This document shows, one piece after another, positions 1-11,400 of a stretch of 64,000 bases of DNA. The translations under genes and the position numbers were made by a program. Location of the stretch: the NCBI GenBank assembly GCA_937998305.1, contig CALLDL010000148.1, forward strand, positions 8,839 to 72,838, in the 5' to 3' direction. How positions within the stretch are numbered: the first letter of the stretch is position 1; each line of letters starts with the position of its first letter. The notes under the pieces are model-generated. The model did not search any database and was not told the origin of the DNA. It saw only the letters and a program-made list of their open reading frames with translations. The stretch comes from an uncultured Desulfobacterales bacterium (GTDB taxonomy: Bacteria; Desulfobacterota; Desulfobacteria; Desulfobacterales; UBA11574).

Positions 1-931
1 AAGATTCAAGAGCCGCCAATTTTAAAGACCTTTTTTTACGTATATCATCAAGTAGTTGTGAACGATTCTGTCTCTCACGAGACATAATTTTAATCTCTTT
101 TTTTAAATCTGTTTCAACAGTAAGCTTTTCCCTTTTTTTTGCATTCAACTCGATCAGTAGCTGCCCAAGCTTCTCTTTATTGTCCAGAAGATTTTGCCAA
201 ATATTTTCATCATACGCCAGTACCTGTTCCAAAACCTTTTTTCGATGAAAAAGTTCATACATGGATTGAGCCGAGGCCAAAACATATATTTGGCCCAGCC
301 AGTTCAGCTTATAAAGAGCGACCAGGCGCTTTGATGAATATTCTTCGCTGGTTTTAATCCTTTTTTGAAGTTCTTTGGATGTATTTATCGCCTTCTTTAT
401 TTCTTTTTCAAAGTCAGCAAGCTCTGTTTTGAGCGACGAAGCATTTTTTCTGGCTTTGTCAAGTATCAGATCAATATCGTTCAAGCTGTTGACAATCGAG
501 GTTTCCCTTTTGGTAAACCTCAAGAGCTCGGCCGTCCCCTTTTCTATCTCACGGTCGATACTTCTCGCCTCTTTCCCGAAACCTTCAATGTCGCCATTGT
601 TATTTTCTGTTTTTGCTGTTTTCTTTGTACCGTCCTCAGATATAATGTGTACATATTGTTTTAAATTTCGAATATAACCGATCTGGCCTTCATGTAAAAT
701 TTTAAGCCATTTATTATGACGCTCGAGGATCCTGACTTTCGTTCCTTTTGAAATCAATACCAGAGAGGGACTTTCAATGCCGGGTTGGGACCGAACGTTC
801 AGCTTGTTGGCGGTCACAATTCCGATTTCATCGGATTGTGCAACACAAACATCGGGGGATTGCAGTATGATAATGACACCGACTGCAGCATATGCTATTG
901 TTTTAAGAACTGTTTTAGAGAAAGAAAGCAC
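1..931 (-). CDS. SH3b plus coiled-coil secreted protein, EnvC-like murein-hydrolase activator / M23 family (3' end outside window)
   Basis: Absent from the ORF track because it runs off the window edge. The minus-strand frame is open from 931 to 1. A GTG at 931-929 follows GGTGGA. The predicted N-terminus MLSFSKTVLKTIAYAAVGVIIILQSPDVCVAQS looks like a signal peptide. It is followed by an SH3b-like segment (GIVTANKLNVRSQPG...GTKVRILERHNKWLKILHEGQIGYIRN) and a long K/E-rich coiled coil. The position directly after ftsEX is typical for envC. Confidence 0.55.
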   Translation of the reverse strand, partial: MLSFSKTVLKTIAYAAVGVIIILQSPDVCVAQSDEIGIVTANKLNVRSQPGIESPSLVLISKGTKVRILERHNKWLKILHEGQIGYIRNLKQYVHIISEDGTKKTAKTENNNGDIEGFGKEARSIDREIEKGTAELLRFTKRETSIVNSLNDIDLILDKARKNASSLKTELADFEKEIKKAINTSKELQKRIKTSEEYSSKRLVALYKLNWLGQIYVLASAQSMYELFHRKKVLEQVLAYDENIWQNLLDNKEKLGQLLIELNAKKREKLTVETDLKKEIKIMSRERQNRSQLLDDIRKKRSLKLAALES

Positions 932-1773
932 CCCATCCACCCTACAAACATGCTGCAAATCAATATTCCAAGGAAAGCCCCCCAAGAAAGAAATCTGATC
1001 GCAAACAGACTTGAAGTTAAACTTTTATCGACGTTCGATGAAATGAACACAAAAAGAACAAATAATGCTGCCAGCCCGATAATTCCGCCCAGTGCTCCCT
1101 GGATAAGGCCTTCTATATAGAAAGGGGCTCTGATGAAACCGTCGGTTGCACCGACCAGCCGCATGATTTCAACCTCTTCACGCCTTGAATAAAGCACCAA
1201 GCGAATGGTGTTGGCGACAATTAAAACAGTTGCCGCAAAAAAAAGAGCCCCCATTGCATATCCTGTTAATCTGAACAGATTGAGAATGTTCGTAAATCGT
1301 CCCAGCCAAACTTGCCCATACTCGACTTCATCCACCTGCGAAAGCGATTCCAGGCGAGCAGCAAGCGTTTCGACTTTATCCTGGTTTTGGAAATCGTCTG
1401 TAAGCCGAACTTCAAAGGCATCCGGCAAGGGGTTTTCTTGCAAGTCGTCCAGTAACGAGGACTGCCGTTTCATCTGATTTTTTAACCGTTCCAACGCCTC
1501 TATGTTTGAAATAAATCGAACATTATTTACACCTTTCATACCCTCAATTTTTCTTTTGATATCAGCAACTTTTAATTCAGAGGAGTTGGGCTTAAGATAG
1601 ACCATTATCCGGATTCCCTGTTTCCAGGAGTTCACAATAGCGTTTGCATTTACAAAAAAAAGAGCAAAAGCACTGGCAATAAGTATGGCGATCGAAATGG
1701 TAGCGATGGTCACAGCATTCAAAAACCTGTGATCAAGAATATCCTTTATGGCCCGCTTAAAATAAATAATCAT
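895..1773 (-). CDS. ftsX: cell division permease-like protein FtsX
   Basis: 292 aa. N-terminal FKRAIKDI...LNAVTIATISIAILI, a periplasmic loop, then three C-terminal TM helices. Lies 13 nt downstream of ftsE. Confidence 0.85.
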   Translation of the reverse strand: MIIYFKRAIKDILDHRFLNAVTIATISIAILIASAFALFFVNANAIVNSWKQGIRIMVYLKPNSSELKVADIKRKIEGMKGVNNVRFISNIEALERLKNQMKRQSSLLDDLQENPLPDAFEVRLTDDFQNQDKVETLAARLESLSQVDEVEYGQVWLGRFTNILNLFRLTGYAMGALFFAATVLIVANTIRLVLYSRREEVEIMRLVGATDGFIRAPFYIEGLIQGALGGIIGLAALFVLFVFISSNVDKSLTSSLFAIRFLSWGAFLGILICSMFVGWMGCFLSLKQFLKQ

Positions 1774-1786
1774 CAGAACACGTTCT

Positions 1787-2476
1787 CTAATTGTTTGATA
1801 TGGTTTGGATTCGACCCTGCTTCAGATGAATGACCCGGCCCCCTGTTTTGCGGATAAGTTCTTTGTCGTGGGTTGCAATAATAACCGTAGCACCTCGAAT
1901 ATGAAATCTTTTGAGCAGGTTAAGGATAATATCGGCAGAGTCCTCGTCCAAGTTGCCGGTCGGTTCATCTGCAAGTATAATCTTTGGGTCTCCGACGATG
2001 GCCCTGGCAACGGCGATTCTTTGCTGTTCCCCACCGGATAGGGTCGGGGGCAAGGAATGGATGCTGTTTTCCATACCAACAGTTCTGAGCACACTCCTTA
2101 CTTTTTTTTCAACAAATCGCCGTTTTTTTCCCATTGCTTCAAGTACAATGGCAATATTATCAAATACAGTCTTTGTACGAATCAGCTTGTAATCCTGAAA
2201 TATTACTCCGAACTTTCGTCGAAGAATCGGTATTCGATTATGTGAAATCCTTGATAGATTCATACCGTCGATCAACACCTGTCCTTCTGATGCAGCTTCT
2301 CCAAAATACAAAAGCTTCAGCAGAGAAGTTTTGCCTGCCCCGCTGGGGCCGCTGATAAAAAGGAGTTCGTTTTTTGGAACATCAAGTGTGATATCGATGA
2401 GCGCTTTAACGGCGCCGTAATTTTTGTGGACGTGAAACATCCGAATTATTGAACTTTTACTCTGTTTCTCAATCAT
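1787..2476 (-). CDS. ftsE: cell division ABC ATPase FtsE
   Basis: 229 aa. Walker A GPSGAGKTS, ABC signature LSGGEQQR, Walker B ILADEPTGNLD. The start overlaps the upstream gene's stop (ATGA). Confidence 0.9.
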   Translation of the reverse strand: MIEKQSKSSIIRMFHVHKNYGAVKALIDITLDVPKNELLFISGPSGAGKTSLLKLLYFGEAASEGQVLIDGMNLSRISHNRIPILRRKFGVIFQDYKLIRTKTVFDNIAIVLEAMGKKRRFVEKKVRSVLRTVGMENSIHSLPPTLSGGEQQRIAVARAIVGDPKIILADEPTGNLDEDSADIILNLLKRFHIRGATVIIATHDKELIRKTGGRVIHLKQGRIQTISNN

Positions 2477-3798
2477 TCAATAACTTCCTGGCCGATAGAT
2501 CGATACAGCGTCGCCTTAGAAATTTTAAATGCGTACAAGGCGTTGTAATAATTTGTCTCGGTTCTTGTGAGAAGTGTTTGGGCAATGAGCACATCGGTTT
2601 GCGTGGAGATTTGTTCTTTATAACGTTCCTGGTTGATTCTGTAATTTTCTTTTGCCTGCTCAATGGCTGTTTCCACCGTTTTGATCGCCCTTTCCGCTTC
2701 CTGAGTCCTCAGGTATGCTGTTTTTACTTCCAAGTGGATATTATCAAATATCTCTTTTTTTTGGAGCTGTGCCTGAGCGAGTCGGGAATGTTTTTCTTCA
2801 ACGCCATATGAGGTTCGACCCCATTCCCAGAAATTCCATTTTGCCACAGCTTGTATATTCCATCCACTGGGATCATATATGCCTTCGCCCCCATCTACAT
2901 CCCATTCCGTTCCGTAGTTAAAATAATTCCCTTTTAGATCAACTGATGGATAATAGTCTTTTTTTGCAAGTTGTATTTCCTTTTGTGATATTTCAATTTC
3001 CATATCGGCAATTTTTATTTCAATTCGATTTTTTTCAGCTTCGGACAGGCAATACTCAAGGGTTTCTTCAAAGGGGGAATAATCAAGAATGTCCTTCAGA
3101 ACGACAGGTGTATTTATAGGCCTTCGAAGCAGTGTATTAAAATTCGACTCGGCATTATCCAAATTGTTTTTAGCAACAATAAGCCCCTGTTTGGCATTGG
3201 CCAGTTCAACCTGTGCCTGGAGCAGATCGTTCAACGGCGTCATGCCGACCTGGTAAAAATTGTCGGCCACTTCTTTTTGAGCCCTGATCTGTACAACGGT
3301 TTTTTGCGCGATGTCATGCAGCTTTTGAGTCTGCAGGATTTGAAAGTAAGCATTTTTTGCGTCCAGAATAATATCCTGACGAACAAGTCGTTCCTTAACT
3401 TGGGCTCTATCCAGTCCAAGTTTGGCGATGTCGTACTGTCTCAGTAAAGAAAAACCCGTAAATATCGGTTGACTGAATGAAGTTACAAAATTGTATTGTT
3501 CTTTTGGAACCGCCGTAATGCCGCTTGTTACTGTTTCGGCGTCAAACCGATTATACTCATAGGATGCGCTAAGTGTAGGGAAAAATTGCGTCCGTCGGGC
3601 TTTTTTTACAGCCAAGGCCGCTGCTGTTTCTTCTTTGGACGATTTCAGCCTGAGATTTGCCTTAACAGCACTTTCAATGGTCTGTTTGAGGGAAAAAATT
3701 TCTACAGGCTCCTGGGCTTTTGAAAAAACGGGAAATAGTATCGGTTGAATGAAGACAAAACACAAAAATAGTCCAATCCATTTTTTTTTAATCATCAT
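2473..3798 (-). CDS. TolC-family outer membrane efflux protein
   Basis: 441 aa. Signal peptide MMIKKKWIGLFLCFVFIQPILFPVFSKAQE, followed by a duplicated coiled/beta-repeat architecture typical of OEP/TolC. Confidence 0.85.
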   Translation of the reverse strand: MMIKKKWIGLFLCFVFIQPILFPVFSKAQEPVEIFSLKQTIESAVKANLRLKSSKEETAAALAVKKARRTQFFPTLSASYEYNRFDAETVTSGITAVPKEQYNFVTSFSQPIFTGFSLLRQYDIAKLGLDRAQVKERLVRQDIILDAKNAYFQILQTQKLHDIAQKTVVQIRAQKEVADNFYQVGMTPLNDLLQAQVELANAKQGLIVAKNNLDNAESNFNTLLRRPINTPVVLKDILDYSPFEETLEYCLSEAEKNRIEIKIADMEIEISQKEIQLAKKDYYPSVDLKGNYFNYGTEWDVDGGEGIYDPSGWNIQAVAKWNFWEWGRTSYGVEEKHSRLAQAQLQKKEIFDNIHLEVKTAYLRTQEAERAIKTVETAIEQAKENYRINQERYKEQISTQTDVLIAQTLLTRTETNYYNALYAFKISKATLYRSIGQEVIE

Positions 3799-4213
3799 AT
3801 CATTTTGTCCTTACATTGTTGAAAGATATAGAACCTTTAAGTAACTCCATCTTCAAATAGCAAATAACAATCAATCCTTCAATTGAGCGTTTTCGATCAC
3901 TATGAGCATAAAATTTCAAGGATTTTCGATTGACCCACACAGGGTTTATTGATATTTATTTTTTCGAGTTGAAGGAGTGCTGTCACCAGTTTTCCTTACT
4001 CAAAGCCTCCACTGAATCCCATTAAACAGGCTTCTTCCATTTCGGTGGAGGCTTTTCTATATCGAATCAATACGTTAAAATCAATAGTTTCTCATCAATT
4101 TAACGTTCACATTATGATAGTGTTTCTATCTTTTGAAAATATATGGCGATTGCCACTTTCATCGATATTCACTTGAATGAGACCTATCCAAGTAACATTA
4201 AATAAGATTTCAG

Positions 4214-4245
4214 CCTCCGGCTCGTAGAGCCTACGCCTCGGAGAG
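4214..4245. repeat. solo copy of the 32-nt CCTCCGG...CCGGAGG-type hairpin module
   Basis: cctccggctcgtagagcctacgcctcggagag resembles the module nested in MITE copies A1 (20715-20746) and A2 (40210-40241). No family-A terminal repeats flank it. Confidence 0.55.
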
Positions 4246-4271
4246 CAGAATTAAAGAGTTCTAAACTTGAG

Positions 4272-5363
4272 TCAAACTTTTTCCAGTACATCGTCAATAA
4301 CACGTAGTGCCTGTTTGACAAGTTCCATATCCGCCTGGGTACCCATATGCCCCAGTCTAAAGACTTTGCCGGCCATGGGCCCATAACTGCCGCCGACTAC
4401 AAGCCCGTGCTGTCGCAGTTGTAAGTTAAATTCCGTCCAGTCAACTCCGTCAGGGACGTTGACGGCTGTAACCGTCGGAGACGGTACAGCATCCGAAGCC
4501 GGAAAAAGCGACAATCCCATCTTTATTATTTTGTTGCGGCAAAATTCTGAAACCTTTTCATGCCTGGCATAGCTGTTGAGCAGTCCTTCATTCAGAATCA
4601 ACTCGGCTCCGGCGTTAAGACCCGCAACTCCTTGCCAATTCGGCGTATAAGGAAAATAATGTGTTGCCTGTGCCTTATAAAAAGGTTTCAAGGCATCATA
4701 CCCCACATAATTGACGTTGTGAATGATGTCCCATGCTGATTCACTCACCGATAAAAAGGCCATGTCCGGCAAAGAAGACAAACATTTTTGTGATCCTCCC
4801 AGACACAGGTCGATGTTCCACTCATCACTTAAAACGGGCGTACCCCCTGCACTGGCCACGGCATCCACATACAGGAGGGGAACGTTATGGCGTTGCTTCA
4901 GTTTTCCCAATTCAGCAATGGGATTTAAGGTGCCGGATGGCGTTTCGCAGTGAACCACGGTAATCATTTTCGGCTTGAATTGAACAATGGCTGCCTCAAT
5001 TTCGGACATATCCGAAATGGTTTCCTTATACGGCAAACGTATTTTATTTACGTCGGCACCAATGGAGTGCGCCATGTCGCCGATTCCGTCGCCAAAAACA
5101 CCGGTGGCGATGGCCAGTACGCCGTCTCCAGGAAGAAGACAGCTTTTCAAAGCACTCCACAATGCCAGCATGCCTTCCCCGGATTGAATGACGACCCGGT
5201 TATCGGTGCCGAGAATCATTTTCAGATTGACTTCTGCTTTGTTGTAAAGTTCCAAAAAATCGGCTTCCAAATCCGCCGAGCCAAAATTGGTCTGGTATGT
5301 GTCCAGAACAGCCTGGGGTAGTTTAACCGGCCCGGGAACCATTGGAATAGGATATGTTTTCAT
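4272..5363 (-). CDS. class V PLP-dependent aminotransferase (serine-pyruvate / alanine-glyoxylate type)
   Basis: 363 aa. Family-typical N-terminus IPMVPGPV and a GGSQKCL motif with the PLP lysine. Confidence 0.85.
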   Translation of the reverse strand: MKTYPIPMVPGPVKLPQAVLDTYQTNFGSADLEADFLELYNKAEVNLKMILGTDNRVVIQSGEGMLALWSALKSCLLPGDGVLAIATGVFGDGIGDMAHSIGADVNKIRLPYKETISDMSEIEAAIVQFKPKMITVVHCETPSGTLNPIAELGKLKQRHNVPLLYVDAVASAGGTPVLSDEWNIDLCLGGSQKCLSSLPDMAFLSVSESAWDIIHNVNYVGYDALKPFYKAQATHYFPYTPNWQGVAGLNAGAELILNEGLLNSYARHEKVSEFCRNKIIKMGLSLFPASDAVPSPTVTAVNVPDGVDWTEFNLQLRQHGLVVGGSYGPMAGKVFRLGHMGTQADMELVKQALRVIDDVLEKV

Positions 5364-5383
5364 GGTTTAATCCTTAATTTTTG

Positions 5384-5457
5384 TAATAGTTTAGTCCTTT
5401 GAAACAAATCGATTTCAAAGGAGCTTCAGGTAATGCTTTCAAAAGGCTAAAGTGCTA
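5384..5457. repeat. mini palindromic repeat, family C, copy 1
   Basis: taatagtttagtcctttgaaacaaatcgatttcaaaggagcttcagg...aaaaggctaaagtgcta is nearly identical over about 50 nt to 44271-44349. The ends form an inverted repeat (tttagtcctttgaaa / tttcaaaaggctaaa). Inner hairpin: cctttgaaa-N8-tttcaaagg. Confidence 0.7.
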
Positions 5458-5487
5458 CAATTTTTTCTGGTTTCGTCAATTGTCTGT

Positions 5488-8313
5488 TTAAAATCTAAAC
5501 CCTATTGTGAAATGAAACCGTCCCTCGCTTTCGCTCGGCTTTCTATCCAGTTTGTGGCCGTAATAAATCCCGATGGGTCCGATGGGCGTAAAATAGTGCA
5601 GCCCTGCTCCGACTGAAGAACGAAACTCATCCGAACCTTCGTCGACAATAGCGTTCCTGACGCTGCCGATGTCGTAAAATAAAGAAAACTCAAAATTAGG
5701 TCCCAAATCAATTCTTGTCTCTATATTACCCAAGATTGCAGTTAAGCCCCCTACAGCCTTGTCGAACACGTCAAATCGAAGCAGGTTTTCGTCAAAACCT
5801 CGAACAGTGGATGTGCCGCCCAGGAAAAAAAGCTGGTCTTCCGGTATGGTGCTGGCGTCCTCGAAGGGGGTAATATCCCCTATCCGACCCCGCAGGGCAA
5901 AACTTAAGTTTTCTATGGGGGTATAATATTTTCGAACCTCGAAACGATATCTAAAAAAATCATCCAGAGAGTTATTGATCCCTTTAGAAACATCCAAGAG
6001 TAAAGAAGAAAAAAGTCCTTTTCTGGGCCGTATATAGGAATCTATTGCATTATAAAAAAGTGAGGGGCTTATCGTCAGAATTTCTCTGGGCTCAAATCTA
6101 TTTTCTTCATTGACAATAATGGGTTCAGAATCGCGCGGGTAGTCCTTCTTGTAGGAATAAACAAAAGAAAGGGCTGCGTTAAACTTTTTAAGAAACCTTC
6201 GGTTAAATGATAATGAAACACCCCTTTCTCTGGTGCCGAAATCCGTATTAAACTCTTCCCTATTTTCAGCAAACATGTTTATTGTCGACTTGATTCGAGT
6301 CCCCAGAAATCTGGGTTCAGAGATGCCCAGGTCGCCCCGGTAACCTATCTGGCTGATTTCACCACCCGCCCAAACATCCTTGTTTAATCCAAAAAGGTTG
6401 CGGTCGCCGGCCAGAACGTTTGCGAAAAACCCCCTTTCGGTGTCATATCCTCCGCCAGTTTGAATATAATAAGGCTTTTTCTCTTCTAATTTCAAAGATA
6501 GATTTACTTTGTCCGCTTTTTCTTTTAATCCGAAAGTATTAAAACGAACCGAATCAAATGCTTCGATGTCGCGAATATTGCGCTGGGATCTCAAAAATTT
6601 ATTCAGAGAAAACGGCTCTCCCGGATCGAGCTCAAGTTCATTTTGCATAACACGCTTTTTGGTGAGAAAATTCCCTGTAAAAGCCACTTGCCCCATTTTC
6701 ACAAAAGGCCCTTCATCAACTTCATAAGTCACAGCAGCTTCGGTTTTGTCCTTGCTGATAGCCGCAGTTCCCTTTACCTTGACATGGGGATAACCCTTTT
6801 CAGAAATTAAAGAGGATAGACTGTTTTCATCGCTGCGAATCATATAGTTACGAAAAACAGATCCTTTTTTTAAAGTGATGGCTTCAATGGCCTGAACGTC
6901 TGATAACACCTTCAACCCATGGATTGTTAATGATTTTACGTGTGTCTGAACCCCCTCTTCAATTTCAATTTTGACGTCCACATTGTGTTTTCTTTTTTTA
7001 ATGTCTTTATCCGGTTTTACCTGATCCTTCACGACCGTGTTCATATAACCTTGTTTGAGATAAAGAGACGTTATGACGCGTTTATCCTCTTCCAAGGTTT
7101 CCTGAACAAGCGCACCGTTTGCGATAATTCCCGGTGTTCGGGTCAAGATCTGTTTTTTGATCTTTTTTGAATCAAACGCATTATTTCCTTTAAAATTGAC
7201 GGAATTTACAACGTACTGTGGCCCCTCTTCAATAAGCAGGTCTATTTTACGAACCAATTGACCTGCTTCTTGTTTTCTTTCAGATTTCATCTCTATCCGG
7301 CATTCCATATATCCTGCTTTAAGGTAGCGTTCCTTTATTTTACGTATACTTTTTCTTAGACCAAAATCCCTCTTATTCCCCTCTTTAAACAGGATTAGAT
7401 CTTTCTTTAACCTAAAATCCCAAAATGCCTTGTTGCCTTCAAATTCAATGTCATACCTGGGTCCTTCATCAATGTTTAAAGAAATAGAAACATTTTGAAT
7501 TTTAGCATCTTTATCAACAACAGTGTTCACGACAACGTCCGGATACCCTTTTTTCCGGTAAAACTGAATTAGATTTTTGATGTCTTTATCAAATTCTTTT
7601 TTCTTAAAACGCCTCATAAAATCTGGAATAAACCACGATTTATACGTTTTGATCCGCAATTTAAGACGCGTCTTAGAAAAAGCGCGGGTTCCTTTGACTT
7701 CAAAGCGCCGGATATGAAAAAAATCACCTTTGTCGATATTGATATAAACCACCACGTTTCCGTCAGCAGGATCTTCTTTAGCGTCTAAATCAACAATCGG
7801 GGCAATATATCCTTCTTTCTTGAAAAGCTGGACAATGGCAGCCTCTTTGGCGGAAAACGTTTCCGGATTATATTCATCTCCGGGACGGAGCTGCATGGCG
7901 TTGAGGATTTCTCGTTCCAAAAGGGGAAATCCACCGCTGATTTTAATATCTTTAACTCGAGGATAGGGCGTTACTTGAAAATGAAGTACCAATTGATCTT
8001 CTTTTACAGATTTTTCGAAAACATGGATGGCTTTAAATATTTTCGACGATTTCAAAGCTTCAAGTGAATCCTGGAACCGTTTCGTCGAAAAGGGTTCCCC
8101 TTCCTGGATAAAAATTAGATTCTTTACCAAATCAACCCATCGGCTCACATCCCCTTTTATCCCCTGAACATCGACAATAACCCGTGACACTATGGGCCCG
8201 GGTTCATCTGCTTTCTCCTGTTGTGCATATACGGCGTCTTTGGCAATAGGCATCATTAGAATCCACAACAATACGGTTATCTTTATCCAGTCTTTCTGCT
8301 TTGGCTTTGTCAT
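5488..8313 (-). CDS. bamA: outer membrane protein assembly factor BamA (Omp85)
   Basis: POTRA-like repeats followed by an Omp85 barrel ending in GRFHFTIGFRF. The ORF-track start at 8403 is probably too long. ATG 8313 gives the signal peptide MTKPKQKDWIKITVLLWILMMPIAKDAVYAQQ. Confidence 0.9.
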   Translation of the reverse strand: MTKPKQKDWIKITVLLWILMMPIAKDAVYAQQEKADEPGPIVSRVIVDVQGIKGDVSRWVDLVKNLIFIQEGEPFSTKRFQDSLEALKSSKIFKAIHVFEKSVKEDQLVLHFQVTPYPRVKDIKISGGFPLLEREILNAMQLRPGDEYNPETFSAKEAAIVQLFKKEGYIAPIVDLDAKEDPADGNVVVYINIDKGDFFHIRRFEVKGTRAFSKTRLKLRIKTYKSWFIPDFMRRFKKKEFDKDIKNLIQFYRKKGYPDVVVNTVVDKDAKIQNVSISLNIDEGPRYDIEFEGNKAFWDFRLKKDLILFKEGNKRDFGLRKSIRKIKERYLKAGYMECRIEMKSERKQEAGQLVRKIDLLIEEGPQYVVNSVNFKGNNAFDSKKIKKQILTRTPGIIANGALVQETLEEDKRVITSLYLKQGYMNTVVKDQVKPDKDIKKRKHNVDVKIEIEEGVQTHVKSLTIHGLKVLSDVQAIEAITLKKGSVFRNYMIRSDENSLSSLISEKGYPHVKVKGTAAISKDKTEAAVTYEVDEGPFVKMGQVAFTGNFLTKKRVMQNELELDPGEPFSLNKFLRSQRNIRDIEAFDSVRFNTFGLKEKADKVNLSLKLEEKKPYYIQTGGGYDTERGFFANVLAGDRNLFGLNKDVWAGGEISQIGYRGDLGISEPRFLGTRIKSTINMFAENREEFNTDFGTRERGVSLSFNRRFLKKFNAALSFVYSYKKDYPRDSEPIIVNEENRFEPREILTISPSLFYNAIDSYIRPRKGLFSSLLLDVSKGINNSLDDFFRYRFEVRKYYTPIENLSFALRGRIGDITPFEDASTIPEDQLFFLGGTSTVRGFDENLLRFDVFDKAVGGLTAILGNIETRIDLGPNFEFSLFYDIGSVRNAIVDEGSDEFRSSVGAGLHYFTPIGPIGIYYGHKLDRKPSESEGRFHFTIGFRF

Positions 8314-8486
8314 CTGAATCAATCTTGACGACTTCGTAAAAAGTCCAATTTCTGCGTTGCGCTTCATCTCGTGTTCACTGCGGCGTACATAAGTACTCCT
8401 CATTCCACGAAATTCGCGACGCCTTGAACTTGAACTTTTTACTTTGCCGTCTCAATTTTGATTTTTTACGAGTTCATCAATCTTTT

Positions 8487-11400
8487 TTATCGAAATTCAA
8501 GTCTGAATTGAATCCCACCGCCATAATTTCCCTCGGTATCCTGGAAGGTATTCATTAACAGTTTTTCAAGAAATTTATATTCCGTGATTACTTTCTGGAT
8601 GACCTTGGCGTTTTTTGTCTGCATACCGTATTTGACCGTTACCCTTCGGGAAAGTTCTTTGCCCACAGTAACTTTTACTTCATCTGACTCATCAGCATCT
8701 TCTGCTTCATTATATTCCAACGCCACAACATCCAGACCGGTGGCATCCTTGATTTCTTTTTGAACGCTTTCAGCAAGAACATCGGCGAGCATCTGTTCTG
8801 GAGATAAAGATGAACCGCCTACTCTTGCAATCAGTTCCTGAGTTGTTTTTCCTGAAATCAGCAAGGAGAGAATATCCTCCTCCCTCTCTGACGGATCGGA
8901 AGTCATATCAAACCTTAGGGTATCCGGTGTGCCGGAAATTTTTAAAAATACGGTCCATTTACGAATTTTTACGTCACTTTGGATATCAATGGTCGGCTCA
9001 ATTTTATACGGGTTTATAAAATCAACGACACCTTTTATGACATTAAATTCATTTCTTTGGAAATATACGGTTCCGGATTCGACTTCTGCCCTTCCGCTGA
9101 TAAGGGGTTGGTTTACCGTCCCGTGTATTTTAAGATCAGGCTTGATCGACAATAAAGTAATATTATTATCAACCACAAAAGGGTCTCTGGATCTGATTCT
9201 GCATTCAAGAGCCATGTTGTTAAAAATGGACCAGGAAATCTTCGAGGTCACCAAAGGTTCCTCCCGTGATTCTTGACCAATGCTTTCGATGATATTCAAA
9301 CGGACATCTTTATAATATGTCCCCTCAAGAAGCTCAACGTCTCCTATTATCAGAGACTTTTCCGGTGAGCCCCGAATATCCAGTTCAGAGTTCAACCGGA
9401 CGTCCAATAGATCAGGAATCGAAATGGGAAGGTTATCAACTTTTAATTTGAGTCCAATTTTTGACGGTTGATATCGGTCAAGATCGATGGCGCCATTAAA
9501 TTCAAATTTTCCGGTATCCAGCATCCCTTTGATGCTATCCAGAACGATAGCGTTGGATGTTATCCGAACACCTCCGTTTATGTTGTGCAGTTTTTGAAAT
9601 AAGCCCGGAATGGTCATTCCTCCGTCCTTGATATCCGCATTAATGATCAAGTTCGGTGTTGACAGGTTTCCATTCATTTTGAGCGAAAAGCGTGTTTCAC
9701 CGGTAGCGTCGGAGAACGCTTTCGTAAGCATCGGAAGTATTTTAAAAGGAATGTTTCCATCGGCTTCTAACTTAAGATCTTTGTTTAATTTTCCGGAACC
9801 CTTGATGGTAAAATATCCTTGATCGACCAGAGATAGTCGCATACCGGGGATCGACATTTCATCATTGTTGACGAAAATCATAAGATCGTCACCCTTGATC
9901 AATGGTATATCCTTCCAGAAAATTGCCAGTTGAGAAATACGGGTGGTCCCTTCTATCTGGATCGGTGTGCCGAGATTCCCCTTTGCATCAACACTTCCGG
10001 TGATGGCGCCGTTTAATTCTTTTTTGCCAACAAGTTGTAAATAAGGGGTCAAATCGGTGTGGTCAAAACGAGCGGATGTTGAAAAAGAACGGGATTGAAG
10101 ACCGTATGTTGCATCCAGGGTAAAGTTTTGTCCTCCAGATATATACGCGGTCTGATTCTCAACGCCGATGTTAAAGGGAATTTTTTCCAGCTTTTTGTTG
10201 TTAAACGTCAGATCGTCAAGAACCGCCTTCCCTTTGAATTGGGGATTTGAAAATTCGCCCTTTCCGGCCAAATCAAAAGATATCTTTCCCCTGTCCATTT
10301 TCAGGGACGTCAATTTTTGAATATTTTTTATTGAAATATCACTCGAAGCTATGTTGAGTTCATAATGTTTGTCCATGGAAACCCAGCCATTCAATACGAT
10401 TTTCTCACCCGATACGATGACAAGAGATAAAGGATCGATATGAATTTGACGGCCGTCAATCGTTGATGCAAGTTTAATTTCATTAAGTTTCTGTATGTTG
10501 AGATCAATATTTTTGCCACTAAGATCAATTTGTCCTTTGGGATGATCCGTACTCCCGTTAACACGGCCATTTAAGACGAACTTGCCCTTCATCCCCTGGA
10601 CAAAATCTTCCAGAAACAGGGTGTCTCCTTTTAATGCAACATCAAAAACAGGGTTTTCTACAAGTTTATAATCTCCCGGATCAAATATTCGAGCAGAGCC
10701 GGAAATATCGAGTCCGGAATTACCGTTAAGGATTTTTCCATGCTCCAGGGAAAAACGCCCGTTTGAAAACCGGATATTCCCTTCAGCCTTGCCGAACCTA
10801 ATGTTCTCAAAACCCAGGTTTTCCCCTTTCAATCGAGCATCCATAGACGGCTCCTTAACCGTTCCGGAGACTTCTCCGCTCATATTCATGCTGCCCAGCA
10901 CGCCGTTTATTCCCAAGCTCGTCATGACTTCAGTCAGATCGGGAGTTTTGAGTTTAAAATGAGCCGCCACCTGATGGGAGGAAACATAATAATCGCCGTT
11001 CATCTCAAGCCGGGACTCGCCTGCACCGGCGGTCAGATTCCCAATGGTAACCCGTCCCTTTTTCATATCTGCCTGTGCACTCACATGGACATTAAGGGGT
11101 GAACGTCCTTCTTCGGCGGACAATTTTTTTATATAAATTTCAAGTGCGGTTTTAACCCAAAGCGTGTTTGGATAAACACCTTTGCCTTCAAGCTCAATTT
11201 CAGCACTTGCGACGCCTTTAAAACCGGATATTCCCGGCGGTAAATCAGCAAGCTGCGAGTCTTTCTGATGGATGGAAAATTTGTAGAAGATTGCATTTAA
11301 ATCAGGATCCGAGGTTAACAGCCCCTCGGCAAAGGCCTTTTTAAAGTCCACATCACCTTTAATATTGAATTTGCCCAAAGGAGTATATAAATCGACGTCG

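Noticed and set aside
4002-4055. 11-bp stem hairpin aaagcctccac...gtggaggcttt followed by tct, upstream of the TolC-like gene
   Set aside because: The loop is about 32 nt. Only a weak T-run follows on the plus strand, where there is no upstream gene, and none follows on the minus strand. I cannot support a terminator or sRNA call.
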